A DNA stretch of 54,350 bases, the filler included, from Sphacelaria rigidula (taxonomy: Eukaryota): the NCBI GenBank assembly GCA_964200075.2. It is 4 parts of 4 records of this genome, joined end to end, with 100 filler letters (N's around TTAATTAATTAA, not from the genome) between each part and the next. Parts side by side here need not be neighbours in the genome. Positions count along the whole stretch, not along the records: positions 13,615 to 27,128 come from CAXNAA020002837.1; positions 27,229 to 40,740 come from CAXNAA020002838.1; 2 more parts are not named here. One strand, 5' to 3'. Under the pieces are notes generated by a model. It worked only from the letters and a program-made list of their open reading frames with translations, made no database searches and was not told where the DNA came from. A program made the position numbers and the translations under genes. Each line of letters begins with the position of its first letter. Position 1 is the stretch's first letter. Below, in pieces: positions 24,151 to 37,651 of the stretch.

Positions 24151-25083
24151 AATGTCCCACTTCCTGTGTTTCGAGCGAAACCGAACAGCCGGGCTAACTG
24201 GATAGATGGAGACGCAAAGCATAACGGCTCCAAAATTTTCATAAGTTTTCTCAGAAACAAGGTTGGGCGTAGGGTCAGGGCTAGCATTGCCCGTAGGCAA
24301 TACGGAGCTGGAGGTCTCATTCAATCACGCGCACAGAGAGAGCGTGTACCAATGGACGTGCGACTGTGACGTCGAACTGCTGTAGGTCATGATGTCGGGG
24401 GGGGTGCGTGTTTAATCGAGTTAGTTCAGCAAGTCTACGAGACAAAACATACGAGGGTCGAAGGATAAGACTGGGCAGAGGGTACCTACGCGTCCGTGAA
24501 GACGCAGGACTCCACTTCGAGTTGACGCGTTCCCGTCATCCGACACTGGAAGGAACCAAACCTTCGGTAGAAGCACGTGCAGAATTAAACATTCTCGGCA
24601 TTTGGCGGGAGCACAAATTGAGTTGTGATAAAACACTCAAAACCAAAAGTCTCCGAAGAAAACTAAACTGAAAAACACGAGTTTTCTTTCTGTCGTGGAG
24701 GGCACATGGAGATCAAGAAAGATCCCTCAACACGCACTCACCGGGGGCAGTCTGGCTCCCTCCCGCGTGCATTGGCTTGCAGACAAATAGACAGGAGGGC
24801 TGCCCCCTCTCCAGAAAATAGCTTCGAGAATCGCTAGGATCTCCACACAACTTCTTCACAGCAGTCTCAGCGCAACGATGGTGGAGGTGTGGTCCTATGG
24901 GTTATTTTCTCAGGGTGGTGCCTTCGGTGGGGCTTCATACATATTTTTCAACTTACACATATGGGGCGAAATACAAAAACGCGCATGGAGCAGCTAGCTG
25001 TACGTCAAACGCGCCATCTAGAGCGAGCTTGTGGGAGGGAGGGAGGGGGCGGTCTTGGGGGGTGGTAATATTGCCATGCAGCT

Positions 25084-27043
25084 TTACGCGCTTGGAATTC
25101 TCGTCAACGCGATGCCTCTGTGCTCGTTTTGTGTTCCGCGTCTGGGGTTGACCTCGCTGACAACGGACTCCCGAGCCTCCTTGACGTCCTTCACCAAAAC
25201 ATTGTCGATGACTCGCTTGACATCGGCGGCGCTGCGACCTTCGGTCAGCGATTTGCTCAGGCTGTCAGCAATCTCGCACGAACCGACGAATTCAATACAC
25301 GATTCGTCGACCGGCCCTTTTTCGAATGTAATGACGGAATTTGTTTTTAATTCTTGTCCGTGTGGAACATCTCACGGTCCTCCTTCTTGTCCTTCGTCTC
25401 TTTCATATAGCACACTGCTTTTTTTCCCAGAGCGGATTTTCATTTTCCAGATGCTTCAAGTTTCGTCCAGCAATATGTCCGAGAAAAGTCGTGACAGACT
25501 CATAGGCTCATTTGATGAGTGAGAAATCGCAGCGAAGATCAACTTCAAGAACTCTTCCTTTTCATCCTTGTCCGAGAAGCTGTCTTTCAGCGCGTCGATT
25601 TTAGCCTCGTCAAAATCCACGTGCTCGCGTCCGATCGACAGCCGCGGAAGAGCACCGTGGGCTGAAACAGGGTATTTTGCTCGCGTGGTTTCTTGAAAGC
25701 CTTCATCTTGAAACACGGCCAACACTTGGTGGCTGTCGATGAAATGTGCTCGTCGATAATCTCCCGCGCACGTTTAATGTCAGAGAATGTTACGTGTGCC
25801 GTGTAACCCAGGTCAGCCAACATATAGGGCTACTGTGCAACCCAAATCTCCGGGGACCGGACATGAAGATGCACGCAGGGACCTTGTCGTGAATCGGCAT
25901 GATTTTCAGTCTTTTTCAAGTAAAAATGATGTCGATTCTCAAACTGACCCGTCCAGCACCCCGAAAAACGTGCACCCCTACCGTAGCATAGCTGTGGAGC
26001 AGGTCGTGATCTTCTTTACAGAGGCGACAACGTAATCATGGCTTAAGCGGAAGCGGGATGAAGTGTGACTTGGTAGCGTGCGGTGGAAGATATTGTTTCG
26101 ATGAAATATTTCCTGAAAGGACAGATGACGAACGAAGTTGCCAGAATGACGCATGTCGGATAAATCAAAGCCGCTTCCGCCCACACCCCCTTCACAACTT
26201 TCACAACTTCTGCACAATGTTCAACATCCTCGACCTGCACACGGAAGTCGTCCAATTCATCTTGAAATTCGTGAACACGGATTCGTACGCGATCATCGGA
26301 CCCGAGCGTCACTTTCGCGCGTCCGAAACCGGATTGAGCACAGCCCCCGATCAGAAGTTGCATCTCCCCATCTCCATCCTTAATTTTTTCATGCCCCGGT
26401 CCGTACCGTCTATCCCACAATGATTGTATTTGCTCCTTTGCTCTTTGTTGCTCCCTGCGTTGTGTATCATCTTCAACACTGTATTCTTCTCCGAGAGTCT
26501 CAAGTGATGATTCGACCCTAGAAATGGCCTTAGAAAGGACGTCAAAAGCGTGACGACAATGAAACGGGTATTTTCCCCCGATTTTCTCGATAACGTCGCT
26601 ATCGATAAAACTTATCCGTTGGCCACCGGAATTCATGACTCCACGTTGAAGCTCCAACGGGTATCTCGTCATATTGGAATACATTTTCGTAGATCTCATG
26701 GCCCCCTTCTCCGCATTCTCCATGCGCATAAGAAGCTTGTAAAAAGTTTCCCCGGATACGAACGGCTTCATGTCCATTTCCCTTGCCTCCACGGGTGCCA
26801 CCAGTTTCCTGGCCTTGGCCAAGTACACTGGTTTATCGGAAAGATCCAATTGGATTTGAAAGTCGTGACGCAGGTAAACATGCTTGTACAGCTTCCATAG
26901 GAAGTCACCTACGATCCCGGCATTCATCGTCTCTATCTTGATAGCCATGCGAACTTCTGTGGTGGTGTCGCGCTCGCAACTCACGACCTCCGCGAAGACG
27001 ACCCCTTTTGTAAGTTGCGACCAAAGGCTGCTGCCGAGATAGC
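25084..27043 (-). pseudogene. About 2-kb intronless decaying ORF of unknown family (5' end lost at the contig edge)
   Basis: 342-aa ORF 26043-27071 with globular-protein-like composition. Coding-like sequence continues through frameshifts, a MITE (25782-25995) and two stops (DIKRAREIIDEH.., DFDEAKIDALKDSFSDKDEKEEFLKLIF.., DSLSKSLTEGRSAADVKRVIDNVLVKDV) to TAA at 25084-25086. Confidence 0.65.
25782..25995 (-). mobile_element. MITE family C, decayed copy
   Basis: Interior aligns with 17237-17468 (CGGGGTG.TGGAC, TTTACTTGAAAAAGACTGAA, CCCTGCGTGCA, TCCCC.GAGATT.GG.TTGCAC). Termini are degenerate and the TSD is not resolvable. Confidence 0.75.
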
Positions 27044-27128
27044 CCCCCCCCCCCCCCCCCAAACCGCCCAAAAAAACGACCGGGGGGGGGGATAAAAAGG
27101 GGTTTTAAAGCGGGTTTGTGTGTGCCCG

Positions 27129-27228
27129 NNNNNNNNNNNNNNNNNNNNNNNNNNNNNNNNNNNNNNNNNNNNTTAATTAATTAANNNNNNNNNNNNNNNN
27201 NNNNNNNNNNNNNNNNNNNNNNNNNNNN
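27129..27228. other. Artificial contig spacer (N44-TTAATTAATTAA-N44)
   Basis: Same 100-bp linker; flanked by low-complexity poly-C/poly-G contig ends. Confidence 0.98.
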
Positions 27229-27837
27229 TTCCGTCCAAGAAGCTCCCGGGGCGTTCCTCCTCCTGGGGTCTTTTTTTCTTCAGCGGGGGGGGGGGGGGGG
27301 GGGGGGGGGTACCGTAACGGAGATACATGCCTCTCCTTACCGTGGGAGCAAACGTGTACCGCCGCGGCCTGACGGTCAAACGGGTGCATCAACATTACGG
27401 GTACTAATTAGTCTGGGCGGAGTTTGTGCGCTCGACTCTCGACAGGAGAATCTTCCTCTTCTCCTGGTTTCCGTCATTTGAAAGCATGAGCAACAGAGAA
27501 AGGCATAAAACACTCAATAAAAAGATGTCGCTGGGCTACGAATGTGCTGATTCGACGCTCGATGTTGCAAGCAACTGCAAGGCAGTCAGATACCGGGGAA
27601 AGATATGGAGTCCCGATTCCCCGAGAAACTAGACCCGTGCCGAGACGGGGTAGGAGGCATCACGGCATACGCACAACCACAGCCACTCAAAACTCATCAT
27701 GTGCCAAGAGCAACCATGGGTGGCACGACTTTTCCGTACAGAAAACGCGACTGCCGAACACAACATATTGCCAAAGATGCTTCGGGTGGGGTAGGTGGGG
27801 TGTGGGCAAGGAAGGAAGGTTGAACGTGTGTTACGTG

Positions 27838-28345
27838 TTCTGGGACTCTCAGATTTTTTTCGGAAGTCGATACTTGAAGAGGGACTCCGGATTATCCCAT
27901 ATTTTGGGCAGTCGATACCCCAGATACCCTACTTATTCCAGGTGAACTGAGACTCAGTATTTTTGACAGTCAATACATGAGGGACCCGGGATATTCGGTA
28001 ATTACGGCAGTCGATACCCCAGGCAACCCACTTGTTTCTGGTGCTCTGGGACTCTTCACAATTTTTCGACAGTCGATACTTGAGTGACCCCAGATATTCG
28101 GTATTCTTGGTAGTCGATACCCCGGGGAACCCACCTGTTTCGGGTACTCTGAGACTCCCGGTACTTTTTGGCAATCGATACCTGAGGGACCCCAGGTATT
28201 TGGTATGTTTGGCAGTCCATACCCTAGGCAACCCATATGTTTCAGGCGCTCTGGGACTCAGTGTGTTTTTGGTCGATACTTGAGGGACCCCTCGGGTTAT
28301 TCGGTATTTTTGGTAGTGGATACCCCCAGGTACCCTATACCCTAG
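27838..28345 (+). repeat. About 100-bp minisatellite, about 5 diverged units
   Basis: Recurrent CTG(G/A)GACTC..AGTCGATAC.TGAGGGACCC..ATTCGGTA..GGCAGTCGATACCCC..AACCC, period about 100-108 bp. Confidence 0.9.
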
Positions 28346-29471
28346 GCACGTTTACAAGATTGAACAGTATCGTCCCGACAGAGAGCCTTCAGCTGCAACT
28401 ACAGGAGTGAAATGATTCGTGCGCAACGCCTATGTACTTATAATATGTATGACTCGGACTGTTATCGTAGAAAAGCTGTCCATGCTCGAGTTTGTATTCA
28501 GCTGTCGCCTCTGGTTTCTTCACCATGTCTTCCACCCAAGGCATATCCATCTATGTTGTGACTACGGCTGGATTTCGCAGCCGGATGAGCTATCAATATA
28601 ATAATGCGACACAAAATGAATCGGTTAACGATAAGGCAACAAAACTGCGGATGGCTTCGTGCAGCACCACCAGAGATAAATAAGCCACACGCACACGTAC
28701 ACATGCATGACTCCGAAAAAAACGAGGAAGATCACGCGGAAAGCCGCGCCACAAGTATATTTTTGACCAGCGCTTCAGATAGCCGAGGCCGTATGAGCAG
28801 CAACTCCGTGGTTGCCGCACATCACGCCGTGAGGCATGTGCGGTACATTTGACCCCCAGCCAGGGACCCCCAGAGGACTTCGGAGGGCGGAAAAAGTCGT
28901 GTTCAAGCATTTTTCGCCTTACGGCGGACAAATATCCGCAACTGTAGCGGTGGAGGGGGCACGGCGCACATGCCACATTGCACACCGTGCGCTTCTACTC
29001 ATTTTAGTCCATAGTGTGCACCCCTTATCCGAAGGGCTGCTTTTGACCCTCGATGTTGGTGAACGCTCACCTAAGCTCCTCCGACCACGACGCGGTGCTC
29101 CACACCACCAAATTACCCGGAGGCTTTTCGCCATTCACCGATTTGGTGGGGTTCTGCCACGTGAGAAGATAGGTCCCCAGGGGTGAGAAGTGAAGCGCTC
29201 TAGCACCGGGGGCATCGACGTGCCCTACCTGCCGGAGGGTGAGTCGTCAAGGACAAAACGAGGGAGAGTTTCTCAGCAATTTTTATATAGGGGGGCGTTT
29301 GAAGTATAAAGGCCGTCTGGTCCGTATCAGTGGATATAGCGGTCCGGTCCAGTCTGTACTCATGGACACAGCGGCCCAGCTTGTATCCGTGGATATAGCG
29401 GCCCGGCCTGGTTCATGCCCATGAACACAGTGATCCAGTTCGTTTTTTGAATGATTGATTGTCGTACTTTA

Positions 29472-30210
29472 ACTGACCCCCCAGGGATCCAGCCGTGGTC
29501 ACATGATACACTAGCTGAAGAAAGAGAACAAACAGAAAAAGTCGGACAGCACGACATTGTAGAGAACGACGTAGTAGACTAAGACATGAAGATCAATAAA
29601 CAAAATTCGACAGAAGCAAAGCACAGAAAGGAATGGCCGGTCTAAAACAGAAGTAGAAAAAGGAAAAATCCCAAGGGATTCAGGGCAGCAGGGTAGATAT
29701 GGATACACACCAGTGGGCACTGCAGAGCCACCGACAAAGGATATAATCGACAACCGATATGAGCAGACAGGATCCTTCGATTGGCGGCCCTCGACGCAGC
29801 AGCCTCTCGTTTGTAACGGCGGTCTGATTCTCGTTTGTCCGCGCGTCGCCACGTGTCTTCAAGAGCAATGCTACGGTAGGGGTGCACTTTCTTCGCGAAA
29901 TTTTGTCTGGTTCAGGGGCTCCTAACGATTCCNNNNNNNNNNCAGATTTATTCGGGATATCCCCAGCACATTGGAATAGTGACCTTGGCGTACTCTGGCG
30001 TATTTCCATAGGTCGTGTTTTGGATTAGAAAAAGGGCTCCTAACAATTCTAACCTCAGAAAATATTTGTGTACCCCTTCCGTAGCATCACTCTCAAACTC
30101 TTCCGCTCTTTTTCGACTCCAACATGCCATTTGCCCATGTTATTCGCCGCAGTGACCCAATCGTATGCATCGTTAACCTCTACACCCTAGACAAACCATT
30201 TCCGTCGGTT
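29472..30210 (-). mobile_element. 3' end of a LINE (RTE-like ORF2 C-terminus plus 3'UTR), interrupted by a MITE
   Basis: Minus strand reads ..KWFV*GVEVNDAYDWVTAANNMGKWHVGVE..AEEFEDTWRRADKRESDRRYKREAA, resembling the RTE-type 'W..AA....W...V' C-terminus, then a T-rich 3'UTR. The clade assignment is from recall. Confidence 0.7.
29862..30093. mobile_element. MITE with family-C TIRs (2-bp TSD CA)
   Basis: CA|AGAGCAATGCTACGGTAGGGGTGCAC...GTGTACCCCTTCCGTAGCATCACTCT|CA. Excision plus one CA restores the LINE frame EFEDT. Confidence 0.85.
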
Positions 30211-31231
30211 TGTGTCCATGGATATAGCGGTCCGGTACGTATCCCTGTAGTAAGTAATCTGGCCTGTATGCGTAGATTGTAGCTTTGAATTCGCACGTTT
30301 TTCTTTCTCAACATGGAACAAAGTTGACTTCGCCTTCACAAAAAACTAATGCGCTTCTCTTCCTCGAACCTGTAACATTTCTTTCATACGCAGCGACAAG
30401 TGTGCGCGCACCCACGGTCGTGTACAAACCGCGTTGCATACCACGGCGAACGACAGGCGGCACATCTACTGCAAGGCATTTGCTCATCCTTGATGTTACC
30501 GTGTGCGGAAGGAGCTGAAACCCTTTGACCGCAATCGCAGGCCATCTATTGAATCAGCATGAAGAATCGCCCAGCCTGGCAGTGCCAGGGTTGAAAGAAA
30601 AAAGGCGGGAATATATCCCCCCCCCCCGAACCTGGTGAGCAAAAAAGTGTCCGTACTATTCAGCTCTTTTGCTATTATGGTCATCTCTTCTGGGTACCTA
30701 CCTCTTTCACAATTTCCAAGAATGCGCACTACAAAGCTTGTCTTGACCGCACTTTGTCAACCGAGGGGCGGCCCCGAATACGACGCAGACGTACATGAAA
30801 AAAAAAAATCTTGTCGATATCCAGCTTCGCAGGACTGGCTCATCTGAACCTCATCTAACAAGTCGAATGGCCATCTGTGATCATCTCGAATTCCGTGTCC
30901 TCCTCATACCACCCAAACACCCCCCACGAAGTTTTCCCATTGGGCTGTCAGCCGGCAATAATTGTTCCGAGAGTGGGTGTCCCGCCCAAGCGGTTGAATG
31001 GTCCACATGGGGTGGACGCCTTGACTGTGGGCTGCAAGCCGGGACGTTCGATCTTGGTCTTGACATATGCTGCTGTGGTGGACGATACGAGATGCCTCCA
31101 GAAAACAGCCCAAGTCCACACAAACGGCAGAAAAGCATTACACAATCTCTCTGAGGGTGTACCTCTCGGAGTGAGGAGACGAAAAGAGCGGTCAACGTCT
31201 CGTCCCATGATTCATTATCGTTCGGAAGTTA

Positions 31232-31414
31232 CAAGGGCAGTTCGGATTGAGTATACTCAACACTCCGTATTTTCGAAGAGTCATACTTTTAGTACTCAAA
31301 GTTTGAGTAGAGTACTTGAGGCCGTACTCGACCTACTCGAAATTTGAGTAGAGTAAATACTCGGGTATTTTACTCGAATACTCAAAAGTACATACTCTAC
31401 TCGACCTGCCCTTG
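31232..31414. mobile_element. hAT-type TACTC-rich MITE (short copy of the family at 22319)
   Basis: CAAGGGCAGTTCGG...TCGACCTGCCCTTG; 8-bp TSD GGAAGTTA / GAAAGTTA. Confidence 0.88.
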
Positions 31415-31718
31415 GAAAGTTATAGCAAGAACCCTGCACTGTACCTGTGTAGGTTTAGATGCAGAGTGGTCTTCGTGTAAAAACCAGAAAGTATCACCAC
31501 GCGGGGCTCATTTTGGGGGGGGGGGGGGGGGACCTGAAATTGTGACTCAACATCTGCCAGGTACTCACCCACACATTCCGACTCCCCGTACGTTTTGCTG
31601 TTGTTTTCGCACGAATAAGTGCCTTCATTCACCTGTAATTTGGCATCATGCGGTACAAGCATGAAAAATGTCCCTCCCCCCCCTTCGGGTGACGCCCCCC
31701 CCCCCCTTCGGGTGACGA

Positions 31719-32540
31719 TGGAGAATGACAACGAATGTAAAAAAATTGCACGGTACTTACCTAACGAAGGTAAAAATAATCTTATGGTTCACATGGACGT
31801 GGGGAGAAGACGAATTGCCGATCGTAGACTAGTATACACACCATCGCGTACAGATGTAAAAAACTGTTCTTGGGATGTACACATAAACAAAGTAGTAGGA
31901 AGGGGTAAGGTACAGATGGGCAGGATGGACGTGATCCTCAAAAACTCAAGCCCCGACACTAGGATTGAAGAGTGTATTCTGATGAGTGTGATGTAACGAA
32001 GCTAGAACATGCAGGAGGAGTATGGGAAGGCAACGCGAAGTTGGGGAAACAGCTGGGAACAGTGCAGATGATAGCTGCTACAAACATACTTGGATGCTGA
32101 AAAATGACGAGTAATACAGTACTGAGAGCAGAATTGGGAATGTACCCGCTTGAAACAAATAGAACCATGAGAATATGAAAACGCAATATAATTGAAGGAA
32201 TGTGCCAAGGAAGAGACTGCCAGCCATAGTTGACAGGACTGTATGGAAGGAAGTGACGAACGGACAGGCTGGGACAAGGTGGGGTAGCGTAGTGGAGGGA
32301 GCACGGAAGGATAAAGGAGAACATCCAGACGAGATAGTGTCCATAGGTGTCGTGGGGGTAGAAAGGTAAGATTCATTATGTAAGTAAGGGAAAAACAAGT
32401 GATGAGACGGAACGCAGACGAGGAAGAGCACCTGAAGATATACGGGGGGTCGAGAATAGGGATAGGGATAAAAACATATCTGCACGGCTCAATGGACGCG
32501 ACGGTAAAGTTGAAACTGCGATTTCATGTGGGGGGCCTGC
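31719..32540 (+). mobile_element. Degenerate LINE ORF2 fragment (C-terminal part of RT and downstream)
   Basis: WRMTTNVKK, WGEDELPIVD.YT, CSWDVHINKVVGRGK, KLEHAGGVWEGNAK, ILGC..TSNTVLRAELGMYPL, RLPAIVDR..W, KTYLHGSMD..KLKLRF across frameshifts. Confidence 0.85.
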
Positions 32541-33546
32541 GGACCAAGTACAAAACGATTATGCGCATCGCTTCAGTTGAGGTTTTGCAAACGGTCACCA
32601 CAACGGTTCACCTCAAGTAACGGCTTCGGAGGGTTAAACCGTTTGTGTCGAGTTGTTTTCGAGGCAACCGGCAACGGCAAGCCCAAAGAAAGTGGAGTGA
32701 TGGTTGGGCATCTCTTCAGCCACTCCGTTTCAGTCACGATACACCGTAAAAATCAATCCATCATTTTTTCGTCACGTACCAGTGTCGATGTCTGCATGTC
32801 CACGATCTCCACACCCGTGCCGCACACAGCAGCCAGGTACCGTCCGTCCCTGCCCCCGGTTAGATGGAATCGATTGCCGTACGTGCGCGCGGCAGACGCA
32901 GGCGCAGGAAGAGAGCACGGGATATTGCGCACACGGAAAAACACGATTCAATTTGATTGGGAGAGTTATCCCTCGGACTTGGGCTTGAGATGCAATGCGT
33001 ACAGGTTCACTTCCAACCCACATTCTAGCGGCGATGGTTCTAATTGTATACAGTGCATGCTTCTTTCCGCTTGTCTTTTGACAGCGACCATCACGATGGT
33101 TCGCAACCTCCTGCCTCCATGAGACCATCAGGTACTCATGGCGGTACTGAGCGTACATCAGAACCGTACAGTATCGCTGTGCTGCTCTTCTAAACGGATA
33201 GAAGACCAAATGGTGGAGTACAAGGAAGTACAGAGCGGGTGTCTGCAGCTACGATACGTCGTTTTGGCGCAGAGGTCTTGTTTCAATCAAACAAGGAAAC
33301 TGAGGGCGCGCCGTGAGGGTGAGAAAGATTCTGGCGTTTTTCAGTGATTCTTTTTTTTTTCTGTTGTCAGACCAATCGGTTGCCCATCAGCCAACAACCA
33401 ATCGGAAGGACAAAAAAAAAAAAAACGCCGAAATCGCTCCTACTCTTACAACGCGTTCCCACTTTACTTCTCTAGCTAAAACAGGCCCTGAGGCTCGATT
33501 TCCATACCTCGAGAGAGCGCACCAGCTGCATTTCTCTTGAAACAGT

Positions 33547-34420
33547 TTACATCGTTGCGGACAAATCTATGAAGTATCCCTTTTTACAGGAGCAGGGTAC
33601 GGTGGACTGTCCGGATGAGATATCAACAAACAGCGTGATCCATGTTTTTGCATCATTGCATTCGACCACTTGGAGCGAGACCCGGGAGTCACGAATTTTG
33701 CCTGGGACACGCAGCAAGGTACATGCCGGCTTGTTGGGTACGAGTTTCTCGGCGCGTTTCTTCTTCATGCCACGCTCGGTGACAACCTCGTTTCTCATCT
33801 CGTGTGGCAGTCGAACGCTGCTGTTCCTCATCTTGTCTCCTCTGACCTGTATTTCTCACGACAAATTATTTTGTTTTCTGCGGGCAAACGAGCCTCAACC
33901 ATGTATCTCTCAAACAGTAGGCGTTCTCTTTAGTACAGCCCTTGGGCATACATGCACCCCCACCTTACGGCATTACGCCCGCATCTATGTAACAACAGTC
34001 ACTTGAGCTCTCAACCAACATATCACAACACTACCGTCAGTTGTATCGGCTGTACAATACTGCAATGTAGTGCGGTCAGCACCACCCTACATCTCTGCCG
34101 AACACGGTACCAGCAACAATATCGGCACCGGCAGCAACAACAGCACCGACACCAACGATAGCTGCAATGACAACAAAAGCCCAGTAAACAACTCACTTTG
34201 ACCACTCAGACATTGACGCGTCAAGTTCCGGCAAGCCCTTCTCCGCCGCCGTGAGGTCGTTCTTCAGCCCCTCATCATTGGTCTCCTCTCTAGAGGGGCC
34301 TCTAAAAAGCTGCAGTTTTCCCGGGCAACGCAGCAAAATCTGAGGTACTGGGAGATTATCATCGCCTAGGAGGGCGGCAGAATTTCCTTCAGACGCAGCG
34401 GTGGCAGCGGTGGTAGCCAT
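33547..34420 (-). CDS. Putative two-exon gene of unknown function (exon 1 34420-34197; exon 2 about 33841-33547)
   Basis: ATG 34420 (MATTAATAASEGNS..LLRCPGKL..) ends at donor AA|GTGAGT. The downstream ORF 33547-33831 (..LLRVPGKIRDSRVSLQVVEC..) is joined in frame only through the weaker acceptor gtcag|, not tacag|. It may be a pseudogene. Confidence 0.4.
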
Positions 34421-37400
34421 GTTTATTGCTTCTTGCACTACGCGATGCCAGGTACGGTGTTTGTTGCCGCCTCCGCCTCACATATTCTTTAGATTATCAT
34501 TGTCAGACCCCCAGTCATGTGAGGTGCACACAGTAGTACAAGTGCGAAAATACACATGTAAATGGAAAAAGGAAAACAGATAGCAAGATACTTTCGATTA
34601 TTGACTAATGCAGAAGCCACCAATGATATTCCTTTCCTTCATATTAATGCGTAGGGGTTGCATCGAGTACATCAACACTACATAACCTCTCTCCGGTTGC
34701 CATCTCCCAATATTATTCTCGTCGAATTAGTCATTATCTAGAGAATCGGCTGCGATCAAGACCTTCCACGCATCACAGGTCGGGTGCCCGGGTCCTGCTC
34801 TGTGAAGCTCCACCTAAGGTACGGGTCAGGTATAAAGTTAGGAGGAAAATATGTTCCAACTGCGCAACGCCTGTCATCGATTCAAGCTATTGCGTGCCGA
34901 CCCAATGCGCGGGCAATGTTTGGGTATGTGGTTTCGTGCATCCGCCGCCGCACACCGCGGATTCTTTCGCTTCCTTGTCCGCGAGGCTTCATCTTCTCAA
35001 AGCTTGAACTGCTGTATCATAGGCCCGTGCTTGACCACATGGTGCAAAGCTCCCCTGCTGGCGTGAGCCTTCCAGGTGGTATATGTTGGAGTTGGTTTGA
35101 AAGTCTTGAAGTATGAGTGTCTTGTCGGCGTTGCAAAGGCTTTCATTGCGTTCCAAATCACATCACCTCTGCTGCAGATGGGTACACAGGCTGGCTCTCC
35201 GAAGACGCCTGTGTGTCGTTGACGGCTGCATCACAACAGTACAGTACGGTACAGTACAGTACAGTACAGTACTGTTGTTGTGCTATACTGCGGTGCGATA
35301 CAATTGCTGTACCATGGTGGTTGCGCCTTACAATTGCCCAGCAGTACCTTTCTGCGCTGGATTTTTCTGCATGAAGCGAGATGTGCACTGCTTACCTTGC
35401 CGATAACTTAGCGTTTCTCCCACAACTGTTGTCATGGTCACTGCTGTGCCCACAATGAAGCATGCAAGTCAAGAAGTGAAAAAAGGGCATATTGAAGTCG
35501 CTGAGATGGCTCATAAGCTCTCCTGCGGATGGTGAGCGCCTTGGTTACAGTCCAGTACGAAACAGTAGTGCAAACTATGAGCTGGGTGAGCCTCTAAACT
35601 GATCCCACCCAACATATCTCAATTTCCCCCCCAAATTCGATAATTGAGCCGCGCATGGTGTGTGTGACCTGTGGCGATGGAGCCTTGACCGATCCAACCC
35701 ATACAGTACCAACGTTACGGGGGATAACACCCCTGGTGACCCACCGTTGTGAACGATTTTCCCAATGATGAAGACTCAAGTGTCGGGCACTTACCGCTAC
35801 ACCCGATGTTGTCGGACGCCCAGATACTATTTTTCAAACACGATTCCCAGCAACGATCCTGCCTCAATCACCGATAGCTCCATCATTCGAAAGACCTCGT
35901 CGACATCCTGGGGTGACTTGCTCATTTAGAGAAAAATCAGATTTTAAAAATAGTGTCGGGGAGTGCGATGATGAAGGGTTTTGCGGTCGCAGTAGCCTTT
36001 GGGACAAATTCGAGCTTGAAAGCTTTCATTTCATTCAGTCGTGGGGGAAATTACTGACCCTGAAGGCGTTATTCGCTGTAACCTGCAGTCGCTGAGTATG
36101 GTACCATGGTGTGTAGTGCGGTGCGTGTCGAGGATATGAAGGTGAGTCTGCAGACACCATAGACTGCAGCGATTCAGTCCAGGGCAAGCATTGAATATCA
36201 TATCACGTAGCAATAATGATGAAGTGTCCAGATTTGTTGCTATCGGTTCGACTTACTTTAATATTTGGGAGTCATTTCCCAGCAGATTGGCCCCCCCCCA
36301 CCGTTGTAGCCATGATCTGCAGTGCGCCATGGCAACAGCCGAGGTCCGTTATGAAACCCAAATTCCGTCCATCCGCTGCGGGGTAGTAGAGCTAGAAATT
36401 ACGAAGATGGTGCTTTCGTTTGCAGACTGGAACACGTGTGGTGTGTGTCAGCATGACTACGTACGACTGTAGTATGCTCGAGGGATGTGGCCCATTCCGG
36501 AACCGTTCTTCATGGCGCAACAAAATGCCGCAGTTCCTGCACAACCATACGTGGAATGTCTCGTTTTCGGTGCACGGTCCACATTTTCACTGGGACCGAT
36601 GATGACTGACAGGTTCAGGTATGAACCGGTGGACTGTAAGGCACTTATCGTAAGGATCTTGGCTGCAGAAACATCGTTGCGCAGAAACCAAGTAGTAAGA
36701 AATCTTGGACTGCCATATGAGGGCAAGTATTGAACACGCTCTTTTTTCAAAGGGTTCAGTTTACTGCTGCATTCGTACCCTTACCCTCTAGTACAGCAGC
36801 CGGCCCCAAGACCCCATAAACCCGAGGATGCATGTCAGGGCAGTATCAACGGGTTCCGTTGCGATGCCCGTAACCCCGACGCTCGAGCTCACCAGCTTCC
36901 CTCTGCTTGTGCGCAGCACCTCCGTTGACGACATGCCACGTACAATAATCCGTTCTTCCCGAATTCCCCACTCGGGTATTGTGGGAATGTCACTGATGCT
37001 GAAGTAGTTGATTATCGCATACATCCAATCGTCGATTTAGGGTGCATCCGCGGCATCCCCCGCGGTCAAGGCTTTTAGAACTTTGCACGGATCGGACGCC
37101 TGAATGATTGGTCTGAAGATTACTTACTTTTTGATGTCATTGATTTGTACCATATTGGGCTTTGTTTTCAGCACTGCACCAGATACACGCAACCCAGGCA
37201 CGTGCGGAAGCGCAAAATTCGCGCAGATGGAGACTTTTTCGATCCGCAATCAACTGTTTTCTCTCTCTCGAGCAATCAGGTCTCAGATCTCGTGGATTTT
37301 GGTGAGTCGAACCAGACATGATCTCGTCCGACCCTTAAAACGTTGTCCTGATTTCACGTACGTCCCGGGATTTATTTTTTGTCCGTCGCGTGCGCATGTC

Positions 37401-37651
37401 TGTATGTCTACCTTTGATTCATGACCGTCTTGAACACTGTTCCTTCACGCACACCCTAATTTCTCATGTTGCATACCCCTTTTTTTTCCCCACGCACGTG
37501 TTATGTCGTTGTTCACATACCTCCTGTAGGTTCGATTAACATCATCGGGTGTTCATTGTTGTTGTCCAAGGGAGGGCAAAAGTACAGATCTACGGCAGAC
37601 TTCTTCTTGTAAGAAGTAAACGGGAGCCCGCGGGCAGCGCGCGGTAGCAGC

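Noticed and set aside
25828..25988. Harbinger-type MITE with a TAG TSD
   Set aside because: Homology to the 17237 element extends beyond these limits to 25782-25995, so the apparent TSD is internal.
35590..37000. Degenerate coding region between the orphan gene and ABCE1
   Set aside because: Only short, unconnected ORFs with no motif I can name; insufficient support.
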